A DNA stretch of 64,000 bases, from IMG/VR virus record IMGVR_UViG_3300044991_001301; one strand, given 5' to 3'. A program made the position numbers and the translations under genes. Source of the stretch: a virus. Shown here piece by piece: positions 9,439 to 17,596 of this stretch (position 1 is the first letter of the stretch; each line of letters opens with the position of its first letter). Under the pieces are notes generated by a model. That model saw nothing but the letters and a program-made list of their open reading frames with translations. It did no database searches and had not been told where the DNA came from.

Positions 9439-10323
9439 CTAAACTGCCATATTCATCTTTATGGGAGGGTGCGATTGATACCCGACTAATTTTACATCAT
9501 CTATCGTAACCTTGTCAATGTCCGTTGTGTCGGGGTTCAACCAAAGTGTGGGCGCGGGCAGCGTGTCTCTTTTCAATTGTTCTTTGATAGAGTCAATGTG
9601 GTCGGTGTAGATATGGGTGTCGCCGGTACTGATAACCAATTCACCAACAGTTAACCCACAGCACTGCGCGATAAGATGTGTTAGCAACGCATAGCTAGCG
9701 ATATTAAACGGGATTCCAAGTGCCATATCTACACTACGCTGGTACATATGGCAACTTAGTTCTTTGTTTTTGTTAACATAAAATTGGCTCATAACGTGAC
9801 AAGGTGGCAATGCCATTTGGTCTAGCTCGCCCACATTCCAAGCACTTAAAATGTGCCTGCGCCCATTAGGATCTTGTTTCAGTCCTTCTATGAGTTTCGC
9901 CAATTGGTCAACCTCACTAGTTACATTAAAGCTAGCCGCCATTTCAGGGTGATGAACTACTTTTACGCCGCGCCAATGTCGCCATTGAACACCGTATACT
10001 CTTCCCAAATCGCCATCAAATTGTGCTTTGGGTTTCCAATAAGGTGACAGTGCATTGGGAGTCCAAATTGTCACAGTACCGTTTCTATCACCGTGTGTGA
10101 TTTCTGCCAATCTACGCTCTGAAGATGACCCTTCAATGAACCATAGCAGTTCACCCACGACTGCTTTCCACGCTAACTTTTTTGTAGTTACTGCGGGAAA
10201 GCCTTTCCTGAGATCAAATCGTAGTTGGCGTGCAAAAACAGAGAGGGTGCCCACTCCGGTGCGGTCATCTTTAATTTCACCGTTATCTAAAATATCTTGC
10301 AGAAGGTCGAGGTATTGTTTCAT
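9439..10323 (-). CDS. thyA: Thymidylate synthase
   Basis: DRTGVGT, ELLWFI, LGRVYGVQWR, MALPPCH (catalytic Cys), YQRSVD, PFNIASY and GDTHIY. Confidence 0.97.
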   Translation of the reverse strand: MKQYLDLLQDILDNGEIKDDRTGVGTLSVFARQLRFDLRKGFPAVTTKKLAWKAVVGELLWFIEGSSSERRLAEITHGDRNGTVTIWTPNALSPYWKPKAQFDGDLGRVYGVQWRHWRGVKVVHHPEMAASFNVTSEVDQLAKLIEGLKQDPNGRRHILSAWNVGELDQMALPPCHVMSQFYVNKNKELSCHMYQRSVDMALGIPFNIASYALLTHLIAQCCGLTVGELVISTGDTHIYTDHIDSIKEQLKRDTLPAPTLWLNPDTTDIDKVTIDDVKLVGYQSHPPIKMNMAV

Positions 10324-10784
10324 TTTCTATTCCAAATTTCATATGTGTAGCCGGGATTAACTTCCTCATATGTTAGAGAAAACTCTTTAGGCAATTGTAA
10401 CAGGTCAATGAAAGTATCGCAAGTATATTTGGTAAAGGTGCGAGAAAGATTTACTGATGTGATAAGATGCCACACTGAGTTGATAAGTCTCGCGCCACCA
10501 ATAATACAAGCAGCGTCATTAAAATGTGCCAGAGTGTTTAGGTCTGTGATACCATACAACCCCGGAATGTGTGGAAGAGAGTGGGGATTGGAAGTTACAA
10601 CATAGTTTGTTCTATTAGGTAGTGGTTTTACGGGGAGGCTATCCCAAGTATTACGGCCCATAACAACTATTTTACCGGATGTTAATTTTTTAAATCTCGG
10701 CAAATCGCCTTGGATTCTACTCCAAGGCAATTTGTTGTTGTAGCCTATCCCACCATCGGGATCAGATGCTACTATTAGTTTCAT
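10320..10784 (-). CDS. folA: Dihydrofolate reductase
   Basis: GGIGYNNKLPW, DLPRFKKLT, VVMGRNTWDSL, PLPNRTN, IIGG and CDTF. Overlaps the thyA start. Confidence 0.95.
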   Translation of the reverse strand: MKLIVASDPDGGIGYNNKLPWSRIQGDLPRFKKLTSGKIVVMGRNTWDSLPVKPLPNRTNYVVTSNPHSLPHIPGLYGITDLNTLAHFNDAACIIGGARLINSVWHLITSVNLSRTFTKYTCDTFIDLLQLPKEFSLTYEEVNPGYTYEIWNRK

Positions 10785-11077
10785 AGTTTATTCAGTAAAC
10801 GGTCAGTTTCCGGCTGAACAGTATCAGCGATGCTCTGAACATTCAATACAAATTCTACGCTTGAGATAATATTATCCAGTTCTTGAAGTTTTCTACTTAC
10901 CGCTTCTTCAACTTGATCAGGATCTAGGCCTTGAAGCAAAAACTTTTCAATGTTTATCGTTTGTTGTTTTTTACCGGCTAACTTGATAACTAACTTTTTA
11001 ATAAACTGAACTGGTATTTTTTGTTTTTCTACATCTTCAAGGATATGCTCCCATTTCTCAATGAATTCAGGTGACAT
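10781..11077 (-). CDS. Hypothetical protein
   Basis: 98-aa ORF with overlapping start/stop coupling to both neighbours. Confidence 0.6.
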   Translation of the reverse strand: MSPEFIEKWEHILEDVEKQKIPVQFIKKLVIKLAGKKQQTINIEKFLLQGLDPDQVEEAVSRKLQELDNIISSVEFVLNVQSIADTVQPETDRLLNKL

Positions 11078-11760
11078 TATACTGCTACTTTAGCACGTGT
11101 TTTTCTTATTTTAGGAATAGTATCCACTGCCGATTTTACTGATTTAGTAATCTTCTTAGCGGGTGCTGGATCTAACTGTTTGGCTTCTTGCAACAACCGA
11201 TCAGCTTCTACTATCAGACCATTAGCCTCGAGTTTCATTTTTTCAGCTTGTTGCCTACGCTGTGCTGCTAAAGCAGAATCTCCTAGCACACCATCTGGTG
11301 ACGATTCTAGAGGTTTCTGACCTCGCATTCTACGAGCCACATCTGCGGGCACTTGCATTCCCAAACTGCTATCCATTTCAGCAAGCTTCTTAACTGCTTC
11401 TTCTCCCAACTTCATTTCATTGAGAATCTTGTTTAGATCCTCAAGCTTGATTTTTGTATTGGGTGCCGGTGTCATTATAATTTGTGATGTTTGAACCTTT
11501 TTGATCTGGCCCTCAACGTGTAGCGTTTGAAGAATGGGCTTACCATCTTGCGTATATGACCTATTCAGTGCATCGGCTAAATTCTCACTGGTTTGTCCTA
11601 TGTCACTCTCAATACACTTGATTAGTGGATCGTGAATGTTCTTATTCAACAACTCAGTATGTGTGACTAAGCACATATGCGGTTCGCCCGGCACTTCACG
11701 GAAAATGATTGCAACCTTGCGGTCTCCGTGCTTACCTACGTGTCTTGTAAATTGGGCCAT
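11077..11760 (-). CDS. Hypothetical protein (coiled coil and basic C-terminal tail)
   Basis: AAGGAG SD upstream, 227 aa, C-terminal K/A-rich tail. Confidence 0.65.
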   Translation of the reverse strand: MAQFTRHVGKHGDRKVAIIFREVPGEPHMCLVTHTELLNKNIHDPLIKCIESDIGQTSENLADALNRSYTQDGKPILQTLHVEGQIKKVQTSQIIMTPAPNTKIKLEDLNKILNEMKLGEEAVKKLAEMDSSLGMQVPADVARRMRGQKPLESSPDGVLGDSALAAQRRQQAEKMKLEANGLIVEADRLLQEAKQLDPAPAKKITKSVKSAVDTIPKIRKTRAKVAV

Positions 11761-11820
11761 AAATTATCTCCTTGTGTTGTTAATATTTAATATGATTTGT
11801 ATCTCTACAAATTTATTTAC

Positions 11821-12081
11821 TCAAGACCATGTAAGTTCATACAATACCGCTTCGCTTGGGTCTTCAAATGAAACTAATGAACGCATGGTATACATGTTAT
11901 CCCACCCGTCGCCTCCAGTTGCGGTTACAGGTAAAATAGTAAACCTACCTTTCAATTTATCCATAACCCACATTCTAGCTTCCTCGCTTAACATAGCTTG
12001 AGCTATTACAAAATGTTTAGGGTTACTATTGATTTCACGGTTAGAGAACCAATTTATCGGGTCTATGTTTAATACATCCAT
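11821..12081 (-). CDS. Hypothetical phage protein
   Basis: 86-aa ORF ending FEDPSEAVLYELTW. Confidence 0.55.
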   Translation of the reverse strand: MDVLNIDPINWFSNREINSNPKHFVIAQAMLSEEARMWVMDKLKGRFTILPVTATGGDGWDNMYTMRSLVSFEDPSEAVLYELTWS

Positions 12082-12085
12082 ACCG

Positions 12086-12334
12086 TTAATTATCTTTGGT
12101 GTTGATAAGAGTATATATCATTTCTGCCTTATTAATAGCATCAGCCAAGGTTGGTTCAGTATAGGAGAGCTTTAATATTTCTCTCCAAACCAACCATTGA
12201 CTGTTCCAATGCTCTAGGGCGTTCTCGGTAACTAATGTACGTTCCTTCTGGCCGCTCTTACGAGCATAGACCGTCTTTCCGCCGTCCGGGCTTTCGTAAA
12301 TGATTATTTCTTCAATTGACGTTGTAAGTGCCAC
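12086..12334 (-). CDS. Hypothetical phage protein
   Basis: 82-aa ORF with IYESPDGGKTVYAR, filling the gap in a co-directional gene run. Confidence 0.55.
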   Translation of the reverse strand: MALTTSIEEIIIYESPDGGKTVYARKSGQKERTLVTENALEHWNSQWLVWREILKLSYTEPTLADAINKAEMIYTLINTKDN

Positions 12335-12342
12335 ACTGTTTA

Positions 12343-13680
12343 TTATTTCTCATCATAGATAGCAAAAGTCCCAAACGGGGGACTGGGATCCTTGTCACCG
12401 TGAATGATCCAAGTAGTGTCGCAATAGTCAGCGTCACCCCACGATCCACAGGGATATCCGTCAGTGAATACGATAAGGCGTTTTGGCGACATTGCGTTTT
12501 CTTTAAGATAGTCAAAGATAGCCTCAAAATCAGTGCCACCACCACCCACCGGCTTGTAATCGTCAATCAGGTCCAAGTTTTCACTAGTAAAGTCGGCTGG
12601 GTTGTATATTTCAGTGTCAAAGCAAAAGATATGAATTTTATATCCATCGAACGCATCCATCATTCCCGCTGTTTCAGCTAAGAACTGCCCCGCTTGCTTG
12701 TCAGAAATACTACCTGACATATCAATCGCTATCGTCACTTCGATTTCTTCACCGGGCGTCATACCGGGCATGATAGCATCAATATGCCATCCCTTGCGCG
12801 AGGGCCGCATCCAAGAAAAGTCACTGCGGATAGAACTAGTCAAATTTGATTGAATCAATTCACGCCATGGCATGATTGGATTAGTGTGAGCCTTAATCAA
12901 TCTCTCGACATTAGCGGGCACTGTTCCGGCTTCAGCGCCGCCAGCAGCATTCAAAATAGCCTGCTTAACTTCTTGCCGAATCCGCTCACGTTCTTCATTA
13001 GATACTTTGGGACGCCGGCGACCTCGATTGCCTTGTTCTCCGTCCCCATCCCCACCACCACCACCGCCTTTGCCGGGTTCCCCTTCACCGTCCCGACCAC
13101 CCCCACCATCAGATCCTTCATCGTCCTCTTCCATATGATCATCGATCATCTGGTTGACTAGGTCCGCAATAGAGATAGTCTTGACATTTTTCATCAAGTC
13201 ATCATAGATTTCCTCAGCAGCTTTGCCGTCATATTTTGCTTCATACAAACAGGGCACTGTCTTGATGAATTCCCCGACTTTATGCCGTTTCAAATCGGCA
13301 TTGACTGCATAGTCATCAGCAATGTTCCAAATCTGCGGATCACGATCACCCCGGCGTCCCATGTGATCATACACTACGTGCAACACTTCGTGGCCAACCA
13401 GAAATTCTACTTCTTTGGGTTTTAACATCATAACAAAGCGGCTGTTGTAATAGAATTTCAGTCCATCTGTGCCAGCAGTAGAACACCATTCGTCCGCGTT
13501 AACCAATTGCAGCCTAGTAGCAAGATTACCAAAGAATGAATGACGCAACAAAAGACCAATACGGGCAGTAACCAGTCGCTCGCGGGCTTGATTGTCGATC
13601 TTGGGATCAGTCGGGCCGATCAGTTTGTCGAATTTATCACTACGCTTGCTTTTCTTAGTGGGAGAGAGTACTGCACTCAT
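12343..13680 (-). CDS. DUF2201-type metallopeptidase-like + VWA domain protein (MoxR partner)
   Basis: TAGTDG and HEVLH (HExxH) in the N-domain, an acidic/Gly-rich linker, then VWA MIDAS IDMSGS, FDT, GGGGTDF and VFTDG. Start MSAVLS at 13680 follows AAGGA. Confidence 0.88.
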   Translation of the reverse strand: MSAVLSPTKKSKRSDKFDKLIGPTDPKIDNQARERLVTARIGLLLRHSFFGNLATRLQLVNADEWCSTAGTDGLKFYYNSRFVMMLKPKEVEFLVGHEVLHVVYDHMGRRGDRDPQIWNIADDYAVNADLKRHKVGEFIKTVPCLYEAKYDGKAAEEIYDDLMKNVKTISIADLVNQMIDDHMEEDDEGSDGGGGRDGEGEPGKGGGGGGDGDGEQGNRGRRRPKVSNEERERIRQEVKQAILNAAGGAEAGTVPANVERLIKAHTNPIMPWRELIQSNLTSSIRSDFSWMRPSRKGWHIDAIMPGMTPGEEIEVTIAIDMSGSISDKQAGQFLAETAGMMDAFDGYKIHIFCFDTEIYNPADFTSENLDLIDDYKPVGGGGTDFEAIFDYLKENAMSPKRLIVFTDGYPCGSWGDADYCDTTWIIHGDKDPSPPFGTFAIYDEK

Positions 13681-13747
13681 ATTAGGTCCTTTATTAAAAT
13701 GTATGCTGTAGTATAGCACAAATAGCGTTTACTCGCAACCGAGACGA

Positions 13748-14845
13748 TCAGTTACCAGCTTCAACGATGTATTTGCCAAACTTTTTGTGGAACTCGTCAA
13801 AATTCTTCAACTGCGAGGGCTCAATGGGCAGCTTGTATGTTTTCAGCGCGATTTTGGCGCCCATAACAACCAATTCAGTCTCAAAGTTAGCCATGATGTA
13901 GCTGAAGAAATTATCAGCCATTTCGTGGAATTGCTTGTTATTGACCCGCTTGTTATCCAATGCATCCTTCAACTCATAACACATTGAAATTGTCAGAGAA
14001 TACATCGCCGAGATTTCCTTGACTGCGAGGTCCTTGACTTTCCCTGCAAGAATGTCGCTGGGTTCAGGCATACGACCCGAGACTTTGCGGTGAGCCATAA
14101 ACTTAACAGCAAGTCCCTCGCCAACTGCACCTGCTACGAGATTGAACAGGGTATCGGCATCCGTGTCGTCATCATTCAGCAGATCGCTCACAAAGCACCA
14201 GCTACGCGGGGTAGGGAAAGCGCGGCTGCTTGACTTAGAATCAAGATTGTAGATATCCTGTTTAGCGAACGACAAGTATCCAACCACATCCTTGTGAATA
14301 TTCTTATTCACAGCCCAAGTTTGCCATGATGCAAAGTCGGCTCGCATTTCCAAGTGTAGGAAACGATTAGCGAGGGGCATTGGCATGCGATAAGTAACAC
14401 CCTTGTCGCTATCACGATTGCCAGCCGCGATCAGCACCACATTATCGGGGAGCCTATAATTCCCGATACGACGATTCAAGACCAACTGATACGCGGCCGC
14501 TTGAACAGCAGGGGGAGCCGAATTCAATTCATCAAGGAAGAGAACAATGATTGGATATTTTGAAGCCAACTCATCATCGGGCAGATCGATCGGGGGAGCC
14601 CAATCCATCTTATTAAGATCACGATTGAAGAATGGGATGCCGCGAATGTCAGTCGGCTCCATTTGAGCCATACGCAGATCGATCATAAGACCACCCAGTT
14701 CCTGAGTTACTTCAGAAACAACATCACTCTTGCCGATGCCGGGAGGGCCCCAGAGAAAGATTGGGCGCTTGCTTTTAAACGCCTTGAGGATTGCTTTGCG
14801 CGCTTGGACGCTAGTGATAGTGAGAGTGTCAGAAATTTGAGACAT
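13748..14845 (-). CDS. MoxR-like AAA+ ATPase
   Basis: Walker A GPPGIGKS, Walker B LFLDELN, AAGNR, LANRF and PTPRSW. Adjacent to the VWA gene. Confidence 0.9.
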   Translation of the reverse strand: MSQISDTLTITSVQARKAILKAFKSKRPIFLWGPPGIGKSDVVSEVTQELGGLMIDLRMAQMEPTDIRGIPFFNRDLNKMDWAPPIDLPDDELASKYPIIVLFLDELNSAPPAVQAAAYQLVLNRRIGNYRLPDNVVLIAAGNRDSDKGVTYRMPMPLANRFLHLEMRADFASWQTWAVNKNIHKDVVGYLSFAKQDIYNLDSKSSSRAFPTPRSWCFVSDLLNDDDTDADTLFNLVAGAVGEGLAVKFMAHRKVSGRMPEPSDILAGKVKDLAVKEISAMYSLTISMCYELKDALDNKRVNNKQFHEMADNFFSYIMANFETELVVMGAKIALKTYKLPIEPSQLKNFDEFHKKFGKYIVEAGN

Positions 14846-14878
14846 TTGTTACTCCTAGTGAAAATTTACAATAAATGA

Positions 14879-14907
14879 ATTATAACTGATGTTGGATTTA
14901 TTGTCAA
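14879..14907 (-). promoter_or_regulatory. Consensus sigma70 (early) promoter for MoxR-VWA
   Basis: Minus strand TTGACA-N17-TATAAT, an exact consensus, 33 nt upstream of the MoxR start. Confidence 0.85.
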
Positions 14908-14911
14908 GTTT

Positions 14912-15172
14912 TTAATCCATCAACTTAGCAACCAATATCAGCTTTTGCAGGTGATCAATCGATTGATTGATGCTAGCAAGAGGACCTTCAAGTATGAAGG
15001 ATTGTCTGGACTGCCGGCAGATTACCTCTTTTTTGGAAATATCGGTGAGCATCCCTTCTATGTTTTTCAGCATTTTACGGAGATCAGGGTTATATCTAAT
15101 GCGAGATAGGTCGCGGCGCAACTCATCACACACTGTTCTCCCGTCTATCGCAGTCTTTACATTCATACCCAT
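14912..15172 (-). CDS. Hypothetical protein, probably early and leaderless (start likely at 15166)
   Basis: Helical 86-aa ORF. The second ATG (MNVK) begins at the 7th nt after a perfect -10 box. Confidence 0.6.
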   Translation of the reverse strand: MGMNVKTAIDGRTVCDELRRDLSRIRYNPDLRKMLKNIEGMLTDISKKEVICRQSRQSFILEGPLASINQSIDHLQKLILVAKLMD

Positions 15173-15201
15173 ATTATACTATATAATGGTATTTATGTCA
15201 A
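15173..15201 (-). promoter_or_regulatory. Consensus sigma70 promoter
   Basis: Minus strand TTGACA-N17-TATAAT, an exact consensus. An ATAAATA late motif overlaps the -35 box and spacer. Confidence 0.8.
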
Positions 15202-15220
15202 CCTTGTCGGGCCACCGTGG

Positions 15221-15243
15221 TAAAAGGGGCTTTGCCCCTTTTA
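15221..15243. terminator. Intrinsic (bidirectional) terminator after the porin
   Basis: TAAAAGGGGC-TTT-GCCCCTTTTA hairpin with A/T tracts on both sides. Confidence 0.8.
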
Positions 15244-15261
15244 GTGTGCCTATTCAGTTGT

Positions 15262-16140
15262 TTAGAACCGATGGGTGACACCTACTCCAAACTGAGTAAC
15301 ATCAGCTACTGTGCCAAAACGATTGACATTGCGATAAGCTACATTAATTTCAGTACGCTTGCTTAAAGCATAATCGGCGCCAGCAGAATATGCTTTAACA
15401 TTGCCATTTGTCCTACCATAACTAGCTTTCGCTGTAATGGCACCGAACGTGCGAGCTACCCCAACCAAGTCACCTTTACTCTTAACAACACCGGTGTTGT
15501 CACTATGAGTGTATGCTAATTGAGTTCCCATTACCTTTGTACTTAAGCCTATTACAGTGCTCTTTTCTTTACCGCTTTCAAAGCGTGCCAGTGCAGCATC
15601 AACATTAGCAACCGTTGCAGTCAATGCATAAGCCGAAGCATTAATGCCACCATCACGCGAACGCTCATATGCAATCCCTACATTTTTCATCGGGGTCAAT
15701 GTGATGAACGCAGCATTACCTAAACGTAGGTTGCGAAGATTATGAACATCTCCGGCTACAGAGCCATATAGCGTGCCAAATACATCATTAGATGTGATGG
15801 CCAAGAATTGGCTATGAACATTACGTCCAAGATCAATACTAACTAGCTTAGTTGTCAACCCTACGGTTGCCTGACGATCACCAACCTTAGTACCATTCCC
15901 ATCAATCGTGTTAGCACCTAGACTAGTTTCAATGACTGCCCTTGCGGTTGCGCCATTCCCTATTTTCTCACTTGCAGTCATAGCAAAATTACTAGTTGGC
16001 TCAGTAACTAAGCCGGTAACTCTGCGGGCACCTGTGGTAGAAGTGTCTACAATCTCGCTAACTTTACCCGACAGGGTTAGTTGGGCACTGGCCACGCCAG
16101 TTAACGCCATAAATAATGTTGCCATTACGATTTTTTTCAT
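15262..16140 (-). CDS. Gram-negative outer-membrane porin (Betaproteobacteria-like)
   Basis: Sec signal MKKIVMATLFMALTGVASA-Q, then RQATVGL, SIDLGR, GADYALSKRTE and a C-terminal beta-signal GVGVTHRF. Confidence 0.85.
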   Translation of the reverse strand: MKKIVMATLFMALTGVASAQLTLSGKVSEIVDTSTTGARRVTGLVTEPTSNFAMTASEKIGNGATARAVIETSLGANTIDGNGTKVGDRQATVGLTTKLVSIDLGRNVHSQFLAITSNDVFGTLYGSVAGDVHNLRNLRLGNAAFITLTPMKNVGIAYERSRDGGINASAYALTATVANVDAALARFESGKEKSTVIGLSTKVMGTQLAYTHSDNTGVVKSKGDLVGVARTFGAITAKASYGRTNGNVKAYSAGADYALSKRTEINVAYRNVNRFGTVADVTQFGVGVTHRF

Positions 16141-16263
16141 ATCTCATTCCTTTATTTAAAAATCCGAGACTCGGATTATACAAATATTTATGCTAGCGTA
16201 GGCAGACAAATAATTTATCTGTTTGTGTAAAGTATGATACTATTGGCTGTATTTACCCAAAGA

Positions 16264-16285
16264 AATAGGGACCGAAGTCCCTATT
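16264..16285 (-). terminator. Intrinsic terminator closing the tmRNA
   Basis: Minus strand AATAGGGAC-TTCG-GTCCCTATT followed by TCTTT (UUCG tetraloop). Confidence 0.8.
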
Positions 16286-16565
16286 GCTATTTTTGGTTAC
16301 AAGGCATAACTGCCTCGCTTTCAACCGTTTGAGGCTAAAAGGTATGTATTATCGTTTGCGGATAATGGTTTTATGCGATTTACGGTCGTCATCTACCGTG
16401 TAGATCCTTCAAATAATCCTTTCGCAATCGATACTGTTTCAGGCCCATTATAAAGTACACTGTATGTCGGATACTATTCCGCTCGTAACACTGAAGTGTC
16501 AATGTACTTTATGGTGGACCTGGCCGGCACTGCCCCGGCGTCTTGCAATTGTTTCTTATCTGGCG
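16286..16565 (-). ncRNA. ssrA: Circularly permuted (two-piece) tmRNA
   Basis: The acceptor piece ends GACGCCGG-GGCAGTG-CCGGC-CAGGTCC-A-CCA (CCA end at 16512). An intervening segment (16447-16511) is closed by the inverted repeat ATAAAGTACA/TGTACTTTAT. The coding piece starts GGGCCTG at 16446, giving a 7-bp acceptor stem with G3:U70. A pk1-like element precedes the resume codon GCA at 16359 and the tag ANDNTYLLASNG-stop (16359-16321). The upstream boundary is approximate. Confidence 0.9.
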
Positions 16566-16850
16566 TTAAACTACAATTCTGTTTTGTGGCATGCTCTTTT
16601 TAAGCCTTCCACTAATAAATCCTTTGGTAAAATATCTCTCTTGGTTTTCAATCAGTATATAATGTTATGTAATACCATTATTTACCCAGCATTTTGTAAC
16701 CACATGTCCTTTTTTGCCCTTAACCCAACCATTGGGCATAGCATCATGCATTGTACTACGTTTTACTTCTTTTGTCAATACGTTTGAAATCCAAATTATG
16801 CCGAACTGTGAATTTCGTTCACCTACCTGATGCTGAATCTTTGCAAAGGT
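16566..16850 (-). pseudogene. C-terminal remnant of a free-standing phage homing endonuclease
   Basis: Start-less frame TFAKIQHQVGERNSQFGIIWISN...PNGWVKGK...CWVNNGIT*HYILIENQERYFTKGFISGRL with an internal TAA at 16665-16667. The GxxNSQFG and WxNNG...GxxxGR modules are typical of phage homing endonuclease C-termini. Confidence 0.6.
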
Positions 16851-17561
16851 TTATTTACTATAATTTTTCACAGCACTGATTGCATGAGTAGTCGATGCTA
16901 ATTGATTTTTTGCTGCTTGATGTTTGGCAGGATCTAGATATGATGAGCCTGCTGTAGGATACCCCGCAGAACGAACATTCTTTAGTCTTTCGTCATGACT
17001 TGGATGAGTTTTACTACCTTGACTAAAAAATTTACCCGCTTCATGTATATCGCGCAGAGCCTCATTTACATTATACCCAGCAAGTATTGCTAGGCGTACA
17101 CCATACGTATCTGCTTTTAATTCTGCACCTTTAGGGTCTAGATGGTAGCTGCTAGTTCCATTAACAAAATGCCCTAATTCATGACCCAATGCAAATGCTA
17201 TAGCATCGTCAGATAAATCATAATATACAGTAACATCTAAATATATTAACTTTAGTTTAATATCAGCGGCTGCAACTTGATTTACCCAACCTACTTCTAA
17301 CTCAATATCTTTAGTTTTTTTATAAGTATTCGGATCGTTTCTGGCAATAGTTACTTGTAATTTTCCAAGAATTTGATTAGCCCGAAATTGTAACTTAGGT
17401 TTTTGTTTTTCATAAAATGTCATTTGATCTACTGTGCTTTCACCAGGATGAACATATTGTCCAGCGCGTGATTGACTGGTGGCGCCAAGAGCGGCGGCTG
17501 CCGCCCCTCCCACAAAACCGCGGCGAGTAATATCTTCATGAATTATTTCATTTATACGCAT
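16851..17561 (-). CDS. M48-family zinc metalloprotease with capsid-targeting-like leader and twin-arginine signal
   Basis: AFALGHELGH (HExxH), ELKADTYG and THPSHDERL. N-terminus MRINEIIHE-DITRRGFVGGAAAAALGA. Exact TATAAATA at 17566-17573. Confidence 0.85.
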   Translation of the reverse strand: MRINEIIHEDITRRGFVGGAAAAALGATSQSRAGQYVHPGESTVDQMTFYEKQKPKLQFRANQILGKLQVTIARNDPNTYKKTKDIELEVGWVNQVAAADIKLKLIYLDVTVYYDLSDDAIAFALGHELGHFVNGTSSYHLDPKGAELKADTYGVRLAILAGYNVNEALRDIHEAGKFFSQGSKTHPSHDERLKNVRSAGYPTAGSSYLDPAKHQAAKNQLASTTHAISAVKNYSK

Positions 17562-17565
17562 TCAG

Positions 17566-17573
17566 TATTTATA
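17566..17573 (-). promoter_or_regulatory. T4-type late promoter
   Basis: Exact TATAAATA 4 nt upstream of the M48 ATG. Related xTAAATA motifs precede many other genes (2901, 3620, 5430, 6154, 16185, 28940, 32069, 34024, 34049, 48384, 50628, 51411). Confidence 0.7.
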
Positions 17574-17596
17574 CTAATAGTAATTAAAACAATTCT

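Noticed and set aside
9439-10323. Intron-containing thyA, or a dCMP hydroxymethylase
   Set aside because: The ORF is continuous and of normal length, and it retains the dUMP-specific Asn motif (PFNIASY).
16750-16778. TTGACA-N17-TACAAT sigma70-like promoter on the minus strand
   Set aside because: It could drive the tmRNA, but it lies inside the endonuclease remnant coding frame about 190 nt upstream, so it may be coincidental. Not listed as a feature.
16464-16787. 107-aa plus-strand ORF
   Set aside because: It is antisense to the tmRNA and the endonuclease remnant and has no recognisable motifs.
16566-17561. Stop-codon readthrough or an alternative genetic code joining M48 to the downstream frame
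   Set aside because: TAA is used as a normal stop throughout and long genes are intact in the standard code. Pseudogenisation is simpler.
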